Shown piece after piece: positions 63,652 through 64,000 of a stretch of DNA of 64,000 bases. How positions within the stretch are numbered: the stretch's first letter is position 1; each line of letters starts with the position of its first letter. The notes under the pieces are model-generated. The model was not told the DNA's origin and searched no databases. It worked only from the letters and a program-made list of their open reading frames with translations. The translations under genes were made by a program, and so were the position numbers. Location: the IMG/VR virus record IMGVR_UViG_3300002641_001608. One strand, 5' to 3'. Origin of the DNA: a virus.

Positions 63652-64000
63652 ATGGAGTATGCACCTATTAAGGTTAAATATAAATGGAGTAATGGTGATA
63701 AGTACGGTGACTTAGTATGTGAAGTGACTGAGTTTATGGATAAATATATTTTAGATAGTAAGAGTAATTATACATTTTATAAAACATATTTATATAACGA
63801 TATAGGTGTATATTCTTCTAACAAATTATTGCAGATAGCTTTCAGAGTACCACGGAGCAACTAGAGGTTCTATACAACTTGAAAGATTAGATAGTCATAA
63901 ATTTAAAATAGTTGGTTTCGGATTTAATACTGATGTATGTTTTGGTGAATTTGCTTGTTATAAAGAAGAACTAAAGAGTAATATAGATGTGTATATTGGT
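63652..64000 (+). CDS. hypothetical protein (3' truncated), one +1 shift at CGG 63853
   Basis: QIAFRVP-(C)-GATRGSIQLERLDSHKFKIVGFGFNTDVCFGEFACYK... Confidence 0.7.
63853..63855 (+). other. in-frame CGG +1 shift site (CCA CGG A)
   Basis: Opens frame to window end. Confidence 0.8.

Noticed and set aside
539-63855. Frame breaks are sequencing or basecalling indels, e.g. at methylated CCWGG
   Set aside because: All 25 are +1, always the same base (C), always exactly between codons before GGW, and 10 are not in a CCWGG context; equivalent dinucleotide contexts elsewhere are intact. Still the most important alternative, to be excluded with raw reads or Sanger, since the 15 Pro-Gly cases alone would look like a CCWGG-linked error.
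539-63855. Genome is a degraded prophage with many pseudogenes
   Set aside because: Apart from the CGG sites, genes have no other frameshifts or premature stops; both halves are fully conserved and essential modules are complete.
539-63855. Stop-codon reassignment (TGA or TAG to sense)
   Set aside because: TAA, TAG and TGA all occur as ordinary gene ends near RBSs of downstream genes, and Trp is TGG; the breaks are changes of frame, not in-frame stops.
539-63855. CGG simply reassigned to another amino acid without a shift
   Set aside because: Reading CGG as any amino acid keeps frame 0, which terminates shortly after every site; homology resumes only in +1.

Overview
The window is one contiguous, AT-rich, almost entirely plus-strand segment of a large tailed (myovirus-type) phage. 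Order: tail sheath, tail tube, TerL, tape measure, baseplate and hub, fibres, portal, a nuclease/helicase/SbcCD block, dUTPase, GroES/GroEL, a tRNA/ncRNA cluster, NAD ligase, DnaB, primase, SSB and PolA. The main observation is a recoding pattern. By manual scan I found 25 in-frame CGG codons on the coding strand. At every one the reading frame ends shortly afterwards, and the conserved protein continues exactly in the +1 frame if the C is skipped and the next GGA/GGT is read as glycine. The 25 sites fall in 18 genes. Many sit in diagnostic motifs: TerL P-loop GTGKST, dUTPase GGFGSTG, UvrD QSIYGFAG, primase HCFSCG, exonuclease DTEFTG and PolA MYGRG. Roughly 60-70 out-of-frame CGG trinucleotides inside ORFs are read through normally, so the effect is locked to codon phase. 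That argues against random sequencing error and against simple pseudogenisation. The model is that CGG is an unassigned or hungry codon (or CGGW is a 4-base glycine codon) causing efficient +1 frameshifting. In addition, all 15 Pro-Gly dipeptides I find are written CCW-C-GGW, with none written plainly and no intact CCWGG seen. Other notable items: a tRNA cluster with non-canonical tRNA-like elements, dockerin-like EF-hand modules in virion proteins, a three-enzyme tail hub, an intein in a UvrD-like helicase, phage GroES/GroEL, a structured non-coding block, and two families of repeated promoter-like motifs. All counts are by eye and need a script to confirm.
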